This document shows positions 1 through 10,171 of a stretch of 57,665 nt of DNA, piece by piece. Numbering within the stretch: the first letter of the stretch is position 1; every line of letters starts with the position of its first letter. The notes under the pieces are model-generated. The model saw nothing but the letters and a program-made list of their open reading frames with translations. It was not told the origin of the DNA and ran no database searches. The translations under genes and the position numbers were made by a program. Location: positions 1-57,665 of the IMG/VR virus record IMGVR_UViG_3300008113_000328; one strand, given 5' to 3'. The stretch is from a virus (lineage: Duplodnaviria; Caudoviricetes).

Positions 1-3000
1 ATATGCCGAGCGGATACACGGACGTGCTGTATCACAGCGCATAGTTGGCACTGATGGTGGTATGATTATCTACGACTCATCCAACAAGCCTGTTGCTATT
101 CTGATAAATGATGAGGTGTCAGACCCTACTACTTTTCCACACGAAGTATGGCACGCAATCTTCTTCAAAGCGTTTGGTAATAACCCTGAATTATTCAAAG
201 AGTTTCAAGACAGAACCCGTCAGATTCTACTTGACAATGGCTATGATGAAATCGTAAATCAGTTAGATACATTTGTTGAGACTGATGAATATCAAGAGTC
301 AGACACACAGGCTGAGGAGTGGATGGTTCAACTTGGCGGTGCTTTAACGGCATCAGGAATTGACGCTAAGAATTTGAATCAAAGGTCAAAGACATTGCTT
401 GAGCAAATCAAAAATCTGTTCAATCAGTTTGCGATGAGGATTGCAGGTCAACCTATATTCTTGGAGGACGCTACTCCTGAGGATGTACTTGACTTTATGG
501 TATCCATCTCCGACCGTATGGCACGAGGAGAGAGCATAGCTGAGTTCTTTAAAGAACAAGAGCAGAAGCAGACGCAGGGTGCAGGGCCACGAGTAAGTAA
601 GCAAATCGTTGGAGAAAATGCAAGGCTAACAGAACAGGTCAAGGCTGACCTAAATGTTGCTAAGCAAATGGAAGCAGCGGGGAAAAATGTTAGAACTATA
701 CGACTTGCAACAGGATGGGAAAAAGGTATTGATGGAAAGTGGAGGTATGAGACTCCTGACAATATACCATTCTTAAAAGATACGGTTAGTCAGATAAAAC
801 AAATCATAGAGGAAGAAGATATTCAAGAGGGCGTTTCTCAAAAAGCAAACTATTTCTTGCCCTCTGAGTTAATCTCACTATACCCTGAACTAAAGGATTT
901 GACCATACAGTTTGATAGAGAGTTTTCTCCAAACAAACACGAAGGTTCATATAGTCCAAAAAAAAATAAAATAGTTGTAAGTTTTGGGGATAACGTATCT
1001 ATTGAAGATAGGGTTTCTACATTGCTTCACGAGATTCAACACGCAATACAGGAGATAGAAGGCTTTGCTAAAGGAGGGTCGCCTTCTGAGATGACAACAG
1101 CTAACGAAGTTGTTCAAAGTTTAGCGTCTCCAATAAATCTTCCAAACCTAACTAAGGAAGAGAAAACAATTGCACGACAGAAAACAAAAGAGAGGGGAAT
1201 ACGCTTTAGTCAAGTATTTTATTATGACGTTATAAGCGATGACCCAATTGTTCTTGAAGATGCAATAGAAAGGCTTGAGGTATTAAATGAAATATCTCCA
1301 AATGAAGCGTATGAAAAACTAATTCAAGCCCTTGACCTCAGACTTATGGAGATGGGTGGTCAAGATGTTGCGCTTGAAAAATATATGCGACTTGCAGGGG
1401 AAGTAGAGGCTCGCAATGTTGAGACTCGTATGAATATGACACCCAAGCAACGCAGACAATTCCCTCTACAAGAAACTGAAGACCGTGAAAGAAGAGAGCA
1501 AGTAATAAAGAAGTCTACAGGAAAGACAGGGTTTGATGTTGAATCCATTGCTTCTGCTATTAAGGACTATGACAGGAATCAAGAAGGATACTATGTAGGC
1601 AAAGAACCTTCTTTATTCCCTCAAATCGAAAAGTTAGATAAGGAAATACAGGGCAAAGAATTTTATGGATACCATAGCTCTAAGTCCAACTTCAACGACC
1701 AATACAGTAAAGGGCCAATAGACCCGCAATACGAAGAAGCTATATTGGAATCGTATCAAACATACATTGCCGAGTATGATGACAATGTTGTAAATGAAGA
1801 TTACGAAGCGATGGCTTCCGAATTGGAGGATAATGGTTTTGGTTTTACGTTTGTATCAACTCAAGGACCATTAATGGTTAGCAATAAATACAAGTATGGA
1901 GATAACTTGTACAAGATATATGGTGATGAAGACGTATTGAAATTAGACGATGCTAATGAGTTAAATGCTGATATAATAGTATCTCAAAAACCCTTGTACT
2001 TTAAACGAGTAAAGGACGCTTATGATATTGCTGAGGAATATGTAAAGGCAAAAGAGAATAACTCTAATCCTGAGTTAGTAAAAATTGTCGAAGGTGTAAT
2101 TGGAGTTAATGGTTCTAACATAAAGAAGTCTAAAGGCGAAACAGGGTTTAAAGAAGTTGCTCCTAAAGCTGAAAGTCTAAAGAACATTGACGTAAAACTT
2201 ATCCGCACACTTAGTCGTGCAGGTAAGCGAGTATCAAAAGGCTTAGCCGTATATACAAAGGATAAAAAGAAAGTAGTTGAAGAAGCTCCTGAACTATCGC
2301 TTCAGTATGTAAAAGAAAATGCGCCTAAGCTATTTATCAGTAACGCCAACCTTATAAAGAACTACCCCATTATAAAGGGAGTAAAAGAGTTTGGCAACAT
2401 AACTACCGCTGAACAGGCACAGGAAGTATACGACATCTTTACCCGTCAGATTGCAGATAACCTGAAGTATCTGATGGATAACTTTAGAGAAGACCTGCGT
2501 GATATTGCAACGCTATGGTATGACGGAGCAAACATATTGGCTCAGAACCTTGGCAAGCAGTACGGCATTACAACCGAACAAGCGGCAGGTATGATAGCAT
2601 CATTGTCACCGCAAAAGGATTGGTATCAGAACGTGCGTCTTGCCGAGTTGGTAATGATGGCATTCAAGGACAATCCGGTGATGACTGATGAGATGATTGC
2701 CAAGCAAAAAGAAATATCAGCCAAGGGTTTAGAAAAATATGAAAAGGCAGCTGCTAAAGCTGAGGCTTCTTACAAGAAAAGCCGTTCAAATAAACGCGCT
2801 GAAAAATTAAGAGAGGAAAAGAAAAAGTTAGAAGAAGTAAAAACAAAGAATGACAAGGTTATAGCAGACCTTGCCAAATATGTTGGCACAGATATGAACA
2901 CTGCGCCCGACTATCTCAAGCCATATTACGCTCGCCTATATCACGAAATAAATACAACGAAGGACTACAACATTCTTAGCCCTGATGGAAACGTGCTTGG

Positions 3001-5386
3001 CATTGCAAAGAAAAAGGGAGGAGAAAATGCAAAGGTTGCTTGGGGTTCATATACTGAGATAGGAAAAGCTGTAGATATCTACCTTGATGGAAGCCAAGAG
3101 AATATCACAAGGACTCTTGGTGAGATGCACAAGATTCGCAACTTCTACAACAACATCATTGACCCAATGTCCCCTGATAAGGACGTGACAATGGATACCC
3201 ACGCTGTAGCCGCTGCATTATTATTGCCTTTGTCAGGAGAAGCAAAACAAGTAAAGGCTAACTTTGGTACAGGCACAGCAAACTCAGCCCCTCTTGGTAT
3301 TAAAGGATTGTACTATGCATTTGCTGAAGGGTACAACTTAGCTGCTGAGGAATCAGGACTCTTACCACGACAGGTACAGAGTATTACTTGGGAGGCAGTC
3401 CGTGGTTTATTCACGGATGACTTTAAAAGAAATGCCAAGAAGGTTGCAGAAATCAATGGCATAGTAAACGATTACGCAAATAAAAAAATCACATTAGATG
3501 AATCAAGAAAAAAAATCTTTGAATCCGCAGGAGGAATCAACACCCCAAGTTGGGCAGGTGGACCTCTTCAGGAAGGGCTTGGAGAAAATGTTGAACAAAA
3601 AAGTGTCGGAGGAGGAAGCAAACGAGTTGGACTTGGTGCTGTCGGGACTGAGCGGGGAAAGCCAAGAGTAAAGAAATCTAAGGCGAGTCCTGAGGGTGCA
3701 TTCCTTTTCAGAACAGAAGAGAACGCCAACATCGGATTCCAATACGACACCGATAAGGTAGCGCGTGAGCGTTTTAATATCTACAGGTTGGAGAAGATAG
3801 GCGCAGGTAGCGACCGTGTTGTGTTTGACTTGGGTGACGGAAAGGTTCTCAAGGTTGCCAAGACTGCACGTGGTCTTGAGCAAAACATTTATGAGGGTGA
3901 CGCATACAACAGCGTGATTCCAACAGTATATGAACGTGGCCTTAACTATGTCGTAACTGAAAAGGCAGACCCACTCCGTGCAAACAATATGGTTCCCGTG
4001 TACAATGAGGATGGTGACCAAATAGGTGAGGCACGTGCAGCGGATATGATTAATGATTTGGAAGGCTTCATTCAAAAAGACTTTAATAATCACACAACAG
4101 AACTGCAAGATGTGCTGATGAAGTACGGACTGCAAGACATCATAAACTATGACGTATTATGGCCTGACTTTGCTGCAATGCGCAATTGGGGATACAAAGA
4201 CGGTATGCCATTGCACGTTGATGGAGGTACGTTTGGCGGTGTAGATATGCTCAAGTCTCGACCAACAGCAAGTCTAACAGACCCTGAGTTCAAAGAGATA
4301 TATGAAAGAAGCAAGAAAGCTAAGAAAGAGTTTGGTGATACTGACGAATACGTTAAGTTCCAAAAGACAGGCAAGACAGGATATGAGGAAGTAACAAAGA
4401 TTGCTCAGCGTTACAACGTGAACACTCAAGGCTTCGCGCCTAAGCAAGTTAATGATGCAGCAATGAGAAAAGAACTTGCACCGTTTGGTTTCTCAGTGAA
4501 GCGTGCAAGAGTGGACGAGCAGGGCAGAGGCGGTGGTGTGTTTATCATAGATGGCAACGGACGATTCTATAATCCGTTCTCACCTAAGGTGAAGAAGATG
4601 GACCTTAGCGGTGGTAGATTCTTTAATGAAGAAGATAACATCGCTAACATCCCCGGGTATGACCGATTGATTACCGAGATAGAAGGTATCATTCAAAGAG
4701 GAAAGACGAGAGGCGCAGCACCCGACCGTATAATGCAGGGTGTGATGAACTACGTGATGACCTCTGCCGTTTATGAGAGAGCCAATGACGTGCAGCGTGA
4801 GCAGATGGTTCGCAATATCCAAACTGAATTTGGAAAGCGATTGAAGTCAGCACCATCAGTTGGAAGATTGCTCGGCACTATCAAGGACATCAAGAAGATT
4901 ACACTTACCGAGAAAGAACTCCTCAAGCAACAGATAAAGAGTTTGGCAAGAGGAGCAAGAACATCTATCGCTGCTTGGAGAGCGGCAAGCAGAGAACTTG
5001 TCAAAGAGATAGACGAACTCAGACTATCAGGAAAGGTTACTACTAAGCAGGTGTCTTCAATAATTAAGAGATTCGCTAACGTCAATATGTTCAACGAAGA
5101 TTCAGTAGATAAGTTCGTTGATTATATGGTTAAGGTATTTGAGGATGCCAACTACGCAGAGAAGATTGACCGCGCACGCAGAATGTTGCCAACTGCTAAG
5201 AGAAACATCCGCACTAAAATTGGTATCGCTGAAGCAGCGGGTCCACTATTGCAGCAGATGTTTGCCATTAACCCAAGCCTCATCCCTGATGCGGTATTGG
5301 ATAAGTATCTGTCGCTCGTTGAGATGTTCGGTGAGAAGGCGACCGTACTTAAACTTGGTGAAGTAACCAATGTGATTGCAACGTAA
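1..5386 (+). CDS. Giant modular internal-virion / polyvalent protein, 5'-truncated (HExxH zincin-like motifs, LPD23-like domain, kinase-like and other modules)
   Basis: Frame is open from position 2, upstream of the ATG at 62. Motifs HEVWHA, TGWEKGIDGKWRYE, LLHEIQHAIQEIEGFAKGGSP and IGAGSDRVVF..VLKVAK. In circular order it follows the ejection-protein genes. Confidence 0.7.
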   Translation, partial: YAERIHGRAVSQRIVGTDGGMIIYDSSNKPVAILINDEVSDPTTFPHEVWHAIFFKAFGNNPELFKEFQDRTRQILLDNGYDEIVNQLDTFVETDEYQESDTQAEEWMVQLGGALTASGIDAKNLNQRSKTLLEQIKNLFNQFAMRIAGQPIFLEDATPEDVLDFMVSISDRMARGESIAEFFKEQEQKQTQGAGPRVSKQIVGENARLTEQVKADLNVAKQMEAAGKNVRTIRLATGWEKGIDGKWRYETPDNIPFLKDTVSQIKQIIEEEDIQEGVSQKANYFLPSELISLYPELKDLTIQFDREFSPNKHEGSYSPKKNKIVVSFGDNVSIEDRVSTLLHEIQHAIQEIEGFAKGGSPSEMTTANEVVQSLASPINLPNLTKEEKTIARQKTKERGIRFSQVFYYDVISDDPIVLEDAIERLEVLNEISPNEAYEKLIQALDLRLMEMGGQDVALEKYMRLAGEVEARNVETRMNMTPKQRRQFPLQETEDRERREQVIKKSTGKTGFDVESIASAIKDYDRNQEGYYVGKEPSLFPQIEKLDKEIQGKEFYGYHSSKSNFNDQYSKGPIDPQYEEAILESYQTYIAEYDDNVVNEDYEAMASELEDNGFGFTFVSTQGPLMVSNKYKYGDNLYKIYGDEDVLKLDDANELNADIIVSQKPLYFKRVKDAYDIAEEYVKAKENNSNPELVKIVEGVIGVNGSNIKKSKGETGFKEVAPKAESLKNIDVKLIRTLSRAGKRVSKGLAVYTKDKKKVVEEAPELSLQYVKENAPKLFISNANLIKNYPIIKGVKEFGNITTAEQAQEVYDIFTRQIADNLKYLMDNFREDLRDIATLWYDGANILAQNLGKQYGITTEQAAGMIASLSPQKDWYQNVRLAELVMMAFKDNPVMTDEMIAKQKEISAKGLEKYEKAAAKAEASYKKSRSNKRAEKLREEKKKLEEVKTKNDKVIADLAKYVGTDMNTAPDYLKPYYARLYHEINTTKDYNILSPDGNVLGIAKKKGGENAKVAWGSYTEIGKAVDIYLDGSQENITRTLGEMHKIRNFYNNIIDPMSPDKDVTMDTHAVAAALLLPLSGEAKQVKANFGTGTANSAPLGIKGLYYAFAEGYNLAAEESGLLPRQVQSITWEAVRGLFTDDFKRNAKKVAEINGIVNDYANKKITLDESRKKIFESAGGINTPSWAGGPLQEGLGENVEQKSVGGGSKRVGLGAVGTERGKPRVKKSKASPEGAFLFRTEENANIGFQYDTDKVARERFNIYRLEKIGAGSDRVVFDLGDGKVLKVAKTARGLEQNIYEGDAYNSVIPTVYERGLNYVVTEKADPLRANNMVPVYNEDGDQIGEARAADMINDLEGFIQKDFNNHTTELQDVLMKYGLQDIINYDVLWPDFAAMRNWGYKDGMPLHVDGGTFGGVDMLKSRPTASLTDPEFKEIYERSKKAKKEFGDTDEYVKFQKTGKTGYEEVTKIAQRYNVNTQGFAPKQVNDAAMRKELAPFGFSVKRARVDEQGRGGGVFIIDGNGRFYNPFSPKVKKMDLSGGRFFNEEDNIANIPGYDRLITEIEGIIQRGKTRGAAPDRIMQGVMNYVMTSAVYERANDVQREQMVRNIQTEFGKRLKSAPSVGRLLGTIKDIKKITLTEKELLKQQIKSLARGARTSIAAWRAASRELVKEIDELRLSGKVTTKQVSSIIKRFANVNMFNEDSVDKFVDYMVKVFEDANYAEKIDRARRMLPTAKRNIRTKIGIAEAAGPLLQQMFAINPSLIPDAVLDKYLSLVEMFGEKATVLKLGEVTNVIAT

Positions 5387-8300
5387 CGGCAAGTTAGATT
5401 ACGCGGCCACACTTGCACAGATGCAGGAGCAGAACGTCATCACAGAAGAGGATGCCAAGCTGATGCAGAAGTACAAGAACCTCATCCTGCCCAAAATTCA
5501 AAAGCCTGAGATGACTGAGGCTGAGATTGAGCAGGAGAAGAACGTACTAATCTCAGTGATTAACTCATTGGATGTGGATGACGGCAGGTTGCCAACAAGA
5601 GATGAGCGAACCTTGGCGAAAGAACTAAAGGCATTATTGAAGCCCGAGATTCTAAAGCAGTTGACCATTCCTCAGTTGAAGAATGTGATAAAGCTGATTG
5701 ACAACATCAACAATGGATACTTGCCTCACTACGCTGAGTTGACTGTTGAGAGACTTGACTCGTTTAAGAACTCAAAAGATTTGGTTGAAGCTGTAGAATC
5801 AGCCAAGCCATTGTCATTTACAAAAATATATGCGAGACTAAAGTCTGTACTCACAAGAAAGAACGCAACGCTTGAGATGATTAGACGCAGTCCGTTGTAC
5901 TACATCGACCAAGTCTTTGGTGACTTCAAGACTAAAAAGATTTTCGATGCCGTGTTCAAAGGAGTTGCCGAGGCTCAGGCTTTGTTTGATTCTGAGATGA
6001 ACAAAATAAACAAGAAGTTGGACGAAGCTCACGAGGCAGTAAACAAATCATTCAAGTACGATTCAAACAAATCACTTATGTCTTCATTCAAGATGATGAC
6101 GTATATGTTGCAACTTGAATACGAGAGCAATCCAAACAACAAGGAAGTGCACCCTGTTTCAAAAGTACTGAAGGCTACCATCAAACATATTGATAACGGC
6201 AAGTCTAAGTATGGAGATAGAGAGGCCAATATGCTGCAAGAGATTCTTGATAAGTATACTACAGATGGAGAGATTGACATCAACAGATTGTATGATTCAT
6301 TCAATCCGGCAGAGAAGAAAGCTATCAAGACTATTCAAGAACTTAACGAGTCATTGCGTGACAAGGCTGTATACACTGCTGCTGTTATCCGTGGCGATAG
6401 GATTAACCCGCTCAACAACTATGTTCACCACTATGTGATGCACGAGTATGCTCCTGACAATAACGCTACAGGAACTCAGACAGCCGATGAGTACAACAAT
6501 TCAATGCGCCCATCTACCCGTGCTCAATCTCTCATCGAGAGAACAAGAGTGGTATCACCAATGAACTTTGATGTGTTCGCATCCGCTCAGCGTGGAGCGA
6601 AGTTCGTTCTCTTGGATTATACTATGACCAAGCCAATACGCACAGCGCGTAAGACACTGAGCCAAACGCAGATTAAATTGGAAGAGCAAGGCCGTGTCCC
6701 AAAAGAACAGCGTGAAGTATTCAATGCTATTGATGCAGCGTTTGATGAAGCGGTAAGAAATGTACTGACCAATAACTTTATCACTGACTCAGTTCTTGAG
6801 GAGGCTGTAAACTTTATATCAAAGACAGGATACCGAGCAATCCTTGCGAGCGTACCAAGGTTCATTGCTGAATTGTCATCCAACATTGGCTTTGTTATGA
6901 TATCAGACCCTAAGGGTTTTGCCAATGGTATGAAGTACAAGTCAATAGTAATGTCTCCATCAGCAGTAAGTGTGTTGGATAACGTGGGTAGTAAGCAGAC
7001 GACTCGTCTATTCCACGGTGATACACTGAGCGGACGATTGATTGACAGGTCTATTATCAGTCAGTCAAGCGGTGTCAAGGGCGCAGCAGCTAAGAATGAT
7101 GTGGCTAATGTGGCTAACGCCATCTATAATATGTCGCTCAAGAAGTATAAGAACGCTGTCGAGTTATTAGCCGATGGTCTTATCTCTACTCCTGATAAAA
7201 TAGTTATGCGTCCACTTTGGTTTGGTACGTTTGCTACTGAGTTCAAGAGTCAGACAGGACAAGAGGTTAACTTTGATAAGATAGCATCCAACGATGAGGC
7301 GTATATGAACGAGCACAAGGAAGCCATCAAAAATGCAAAGGACAAAGCAGACGAGAGAACAACACTCGCGGGTGCTACTGACAATGCATTTATGGGTATG
7401 CTTAAAGGAACATCGAAGCCGAATCAAAGCGCATTCATTAAAGCCTTCAACAACTTTAATAACTTTATGACTCGCTTCGCCATCTATGAATACACCACTG
7501 CACGTCAAGGTATATATGCTGCGATGGGTAACGGTACTCTATCAAGAAAAGAAGGAATTGCATTGCTTGCTGCCGTTACAACAAGGATGACAACTTATAC
7601 TTTGCTGTCTACTTTATTGGGTAATGGTATGCTCAGTCTGTTTGCTGATGACGATGAAGAGGATGAGAAGTCATTTATGCAGAAGTTCTCTCAGTCACTT
7701 GCATCAACAGCGACAGGACTTGTTCTTGGACGTGACTTTGGAAACGCAACAAAGAGTATGATTAACTACGGTGTTGAAGAAATGAATGAGAAGTTCTTGA
7801 CGGGATTGCGTGAGGGTGACTATGACCCATACAAAGATGCCATCTCGTACTCTATCATTCCAAAAGAACGCAAGGGTCATAGGACAAATCTCACTGACTT
7901 TATCACTCAGATGGGTGGCTCATTTGGCCCTGCCCTCAAGACCGCTGACCTTATTGCACGCAAGATGTTTGAGGCTCCAAAGAAAGAGGAAGCCGCTATC
8001 GAGAGAGGTAAGCAAGAGACTCAGGTGAGGATACCGCTTGAAGTATTGGGTCACTTGGGATACGTTCCGCTATACAAGGACATCCGTAAGATTGTGATGG
8101 ACCAAATGTATAAAGACCTTGAGAACGCTGACAAGAAAGTGAAGGATAAAAAGCAAGCCGAGAAAGAAATGCTTCACGGATATGAGAACAAGACTGATAT
8201 GAAGCGTTACAATCCTGAACTTTACGAACAGGTCTTTGGTGAAAAGTCCCCCGGCTATGATGCTGAACAGGCCAAGCGAAAGATTGAGAAGGAGAAGGAA

Positions 8301-8447
8301 GACTTGGAGCGTAGAAGAAAGGATGAGTTATACGATTACACGCCAAAGAAAACACAGGAGAAGTCAGGTGGTTTTGGAAGCAAGCAGTTTGGAGAAGGTA
8401 CTAAGAAGCAGTCGGGAGGATTTGGAAGCAAGAAGTTTGGAGAGTGA
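5376..8447 (+). CDS. Large helical virion protein, probably the C-terminal part of the giant protein (frame break near 5380)
   Basis: 1023-aa ORF with a TTG start overlapping the upstream stop, no leader, and composition continuous with the upstream ORF. Confidence 0.6.
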   Translation: MQRNGKLDYAATLAQMQEQNVITEEDAKLMQKYKNLILPKIQKPEMTEAEIEQEKNVLISVINSLDVDDGRLPTRDERTLAKELKALLKPEILKQLTIPQLKNVIKLIDNINNGYLPHYAELTVERLDSFKNSKDLVEAVESAKPLSFTKIYARLKSVLTRKNATLEMIRRSPLYYIDQVFGDFKTKKIFDAVFKGVAEAQALFDSEMNKINKKLDEAHEAVNKSFKYDSNKSLMSSFKMMTYMLQLEYESNPNNKEVHPVSKVLKATIKHIDNGKSKYGDREANMLQEILDKYTTDGEIDINRLYDSFNPAEKKAIKTIQELNESLRDKAVYTAAVIRGDRINPLNNYVHHYVMHEYAPDNNATGTQTADEYNNSMRPSTRAQSLIERTRVVSPMNFDVFASAQRGAKFVLLDYTMTKPIRTARKTLSQTQIKLEEQGRVPKEQREVFNAIDAAFDEAVRNVLTNNFITDSVLEEAVNFISKTGYRAILASVPRFIAELSSNIGFVMISDPKGFANGMKYKSIVMSPSAVSVLDNVGSKQTTRLFHGDTLSGRLIDRSIISQSSGVKGAAAKNDVANVANAIYNMSLKKYKNAVELLADGLISTPDKIVMRPLWFGTFATEFKSQTGQEVNFDKIASNDEAYMNEHKEAIKNAKDKADERTTLAGATDNAFMGMLKGTSKPNQSAFIKAFNNFNNFMTRFAIYEYTTARQGIYAAMGNGTLSRKEGIALLAAVTTRMTTYTLLSTLLGNGMLSLFADDDEEDEKSFMQKFSQSLASTATGLVLGRDFGNATKSMINYGVEEMNEKFLTGLREGDYDPYKDAISYSIIPKERKGHRTNLTDFITQMGGSFGPALKTADLIARKMFEAPKKEEAAIERGKQETQVRIPLEVLGHLGYVPLYKDIRKIVMDQMYKDLENADKKVKDKKQAEKEMLHGYENKTDMKRYNPELYEQVFGEKSPGYDAEQAKRKIEKEKEDLERRRKDELYDYTPKKTQEKSGGFGSKQFGEGTKKQSGGFGSKKFGE

Positions 8448-8834
8448 TTAAACGAATCGAATGTACTTGAATGAGCGTTGCTTATCATAGTACACCATCA
8501 TCTCATCACCATCAAACTTTATATCGCCAATAAGTTTGTCTGCCTTGCCGTAGATAATCCCATCCTCGCAAGACCATATGACTACAGGGGCAAGACGCTT
8601 GTCAATTAACTTGACAAGTTTCTTTGCTGATATGGGCAGCGGGTATGCGTTTCTTATTGTCCTGATTCTACCACTTATCTCCGCGTATGCGATGAGGTTC
8701 TTGTTCTTGTCAAAGATTTTGTAGTCAACATCTGACGCATCAAGTTTCTGATACGTGCCACCGAAAGTATTCACGAATACCTCGATGGCTTTCTTCTGTA
8801 TTCGTTTCTCTTCTTCTGTTTCAAAAGTCATCAT
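8448..8834 (-). CDS. Hypothetical protein, possible PD-(D/E)XK-fold
   Basis: 128-aa ORF; DVDY..AYAEI resembles a degenerate PD-(D/E)XK motif; overlaps the upstream gene. Confidence 0.45.
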   Translation of the reverse strand: MMTFETEEEKRIQKKAIEVFVNTFGGTYQKLDASDVDYKIFDKNKNLIAYAEISGRIRTIRNAYPLPISAKKLVKLIDKRLAPVVIWSCEDGIIYGKADKLIGDIKFDGDEMMVYYDKQRSFKYIRFV

Positions 8835-9003
8835 CAGGGATAGATTTTAGTATTAGTTTCATTTCCATTATCAGGAACTTGATGTCTGTTTCCACTGACT
8901 CAAAGTTCCTATCTACCAAGGATTCATATACGTTGTTCATCACCGAGTGGTATTCACCAATGCGGAACGCTAACCGCTCCGCTCTTTTATTTTCCTCTTC
9001 CAT
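8821..9003 (-). CDS. Hypothetical protein
   Basis: 60-aa ATG ORF tightly packed in the minus-strand operon. Confidence 0.6.
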   Translation of the reverse strand: MEEENKRAERLAFRIGEYHSVMNNVYESLVDRNFESVETDIKFLIMEMKLILKSIPDDDF

Positions 9004-9015
9004 TTCATATAGTTT

Positions 9016-9543
9016 TTATTGCGTAAGTCCGTTAAACATTTCGCGTATCTTTTTTTCAACGAGTTCTTCTTTTCCATAATGAGTTCTTTCTTCGATTAGA
9101 TTTATAATTTTATTTATTCGCTTTGTCTTCTTCACCTTCTCATCCAACTCACGTGATAGCATCTTATTTTCTGCTGTCAATCCGTATACTTTTTCTTTGA
9201 GTACATCCAATTGCTCTGATAAATTACCTTCAGAGTTTTGGGTTTCGATTGGTTGTATTTCTCCTAAAAATAAAGCCTTGCATTCAAAGTATTTCTTTTC
9301 CAAGAATCTATCCTGCATAAAGATATTAGATGCACATCTAACGTAGTAGATAATTGTGGCGTGGTCTCTATTAAGAGAGCGAGCAATAGACTCGTGTGTA
9401 TATCCACGCTCACGTAATATCTTAGCATATACAAGGCGAGCATTGACATAGTCTCTCTTTCTTGTATTGGTATTCAGGTCAAGCCCAAACTTTTTATTGA
9501 CTATGACTTTTAGTTGAATCATTTCAGGTTCTATCTGTCTCAT
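9016..9543 (-). CDS. DnaA domain IV-like helix-turn-helix protein with coiled-coil C-terminus
   Basis: RKRDYVNAR...SIARSLNRDHATIIY matches the DnaA C-terminal signature (R..v.aR...iG..f.RDHtTV.y). Confidence 0.7.
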   Translation of the reverse strand: MRQIEPEMIQLKVIVNKKFGLDLNTNTRKRDYVNARLVYAKILRERGYTHESIARSLNRDHATIIYYVRCASNIFMQDRFLEKKYFECKALFLGEIQPIETQNSEGNLSEQLDVLKEKVYGLTAENKMLSRELDEKVKKTKRINKIINLIEERTHYGKEELVEKKIREMFNGLTQ

Positions 9544-9787
9544 TGTTTTCTCCTTTGTAAATTTCTGTTTTTAATCCGTGTTCATTAAGTTCTTTTATCC
9601 TAAACTCTTGCAGCTTTGATAGCCTACCATTGGGTTGCTTCACCTCAATGAATAGAACGTCAGCATTCTTGGGTATCGCTATCAGGTCAGGGATTCCATT
9701 CTTGTTGGTGTTAATCAACTTGATTACGTAGTAACCCTCAGCTTCTAGTTGCTTAATCCTCTTGGTCTGTATCTGTTGTTCTTTCAT
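9524..9787 (-). CDS. VRR-NUC domain nuclease
   Basis: GIPDLIAI..FIEVKQPNGRLSKLQEFRIKEL; adjacent to a SNF2-like helicase, as is typical. Confidence 0.85.
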   Translation of the reverse strand: MKEQQIQTKRIKQLEAEGYYVIKLINTNKNGIPDLIAIPKNADVLFIEVKQPNGRLSKLQEFRIKELNEHGLKTEIYKGENNETDRT

Positions 9788-9853
9788 TTACTTGCTTTAG
9801 TGTGTCATAAAGTACAACGGATATAATCAAAAAGAGAATTGATAGTATACACA

Positions 9854-10171
9854 TCATATCGTATTATGATTTGTTATTTGTATTTGCTCGGTCAGTTCCT
9901 CAATTGATTCTCTGATATGGTATGAGTCATAGATGAGTTGATGCAAGTCATTCAAGTCTCCCTTGCGTATAGCGAATCGCTTTGCCAAGAAGTACTCGAA
10001 GGGTGCGCACGACTCGTCCAAGTTTATCTCAACAAGTTGAACAGCGAGCTGCTTCTGTGGCCTGATGAACTGAGCAAACATTATCGTGTACTCCTTTCCT
10101 TTCTCTACCCATTTTTCCTGTGGAATTTTGGATGGTCTGTCTTTGTCATTGACGCATATGCATTTAATCAT
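9854..10171 (-). CDS. Hypothetical protein
   Basis: 105-aa ATG ORF overlapping the helicase stop. Confidence 0.6.
   Translation of the reverse strand: MIKCICVNDKDRPSKIPQEKWVEKGKEYTIMFAQFIRPQKQLAVQLVEINLDESCAPFEYFLAKRFAIRKGDLNDLHQLIYDSYHIRESIEELTEQIQITNHNTI

Noticed and set aside
386-8355. Antisense and nested ORFs within the giant genes (and similarly within other long CDSs)
   Set aside because: Shadow frames without leaders or recognisable motifs.
8340-8447. Tandem SGGFGSK.FGE duplication at the end of the large protein
   Set aside because: A real but short low-complexity tail; no basis for assigning a function.
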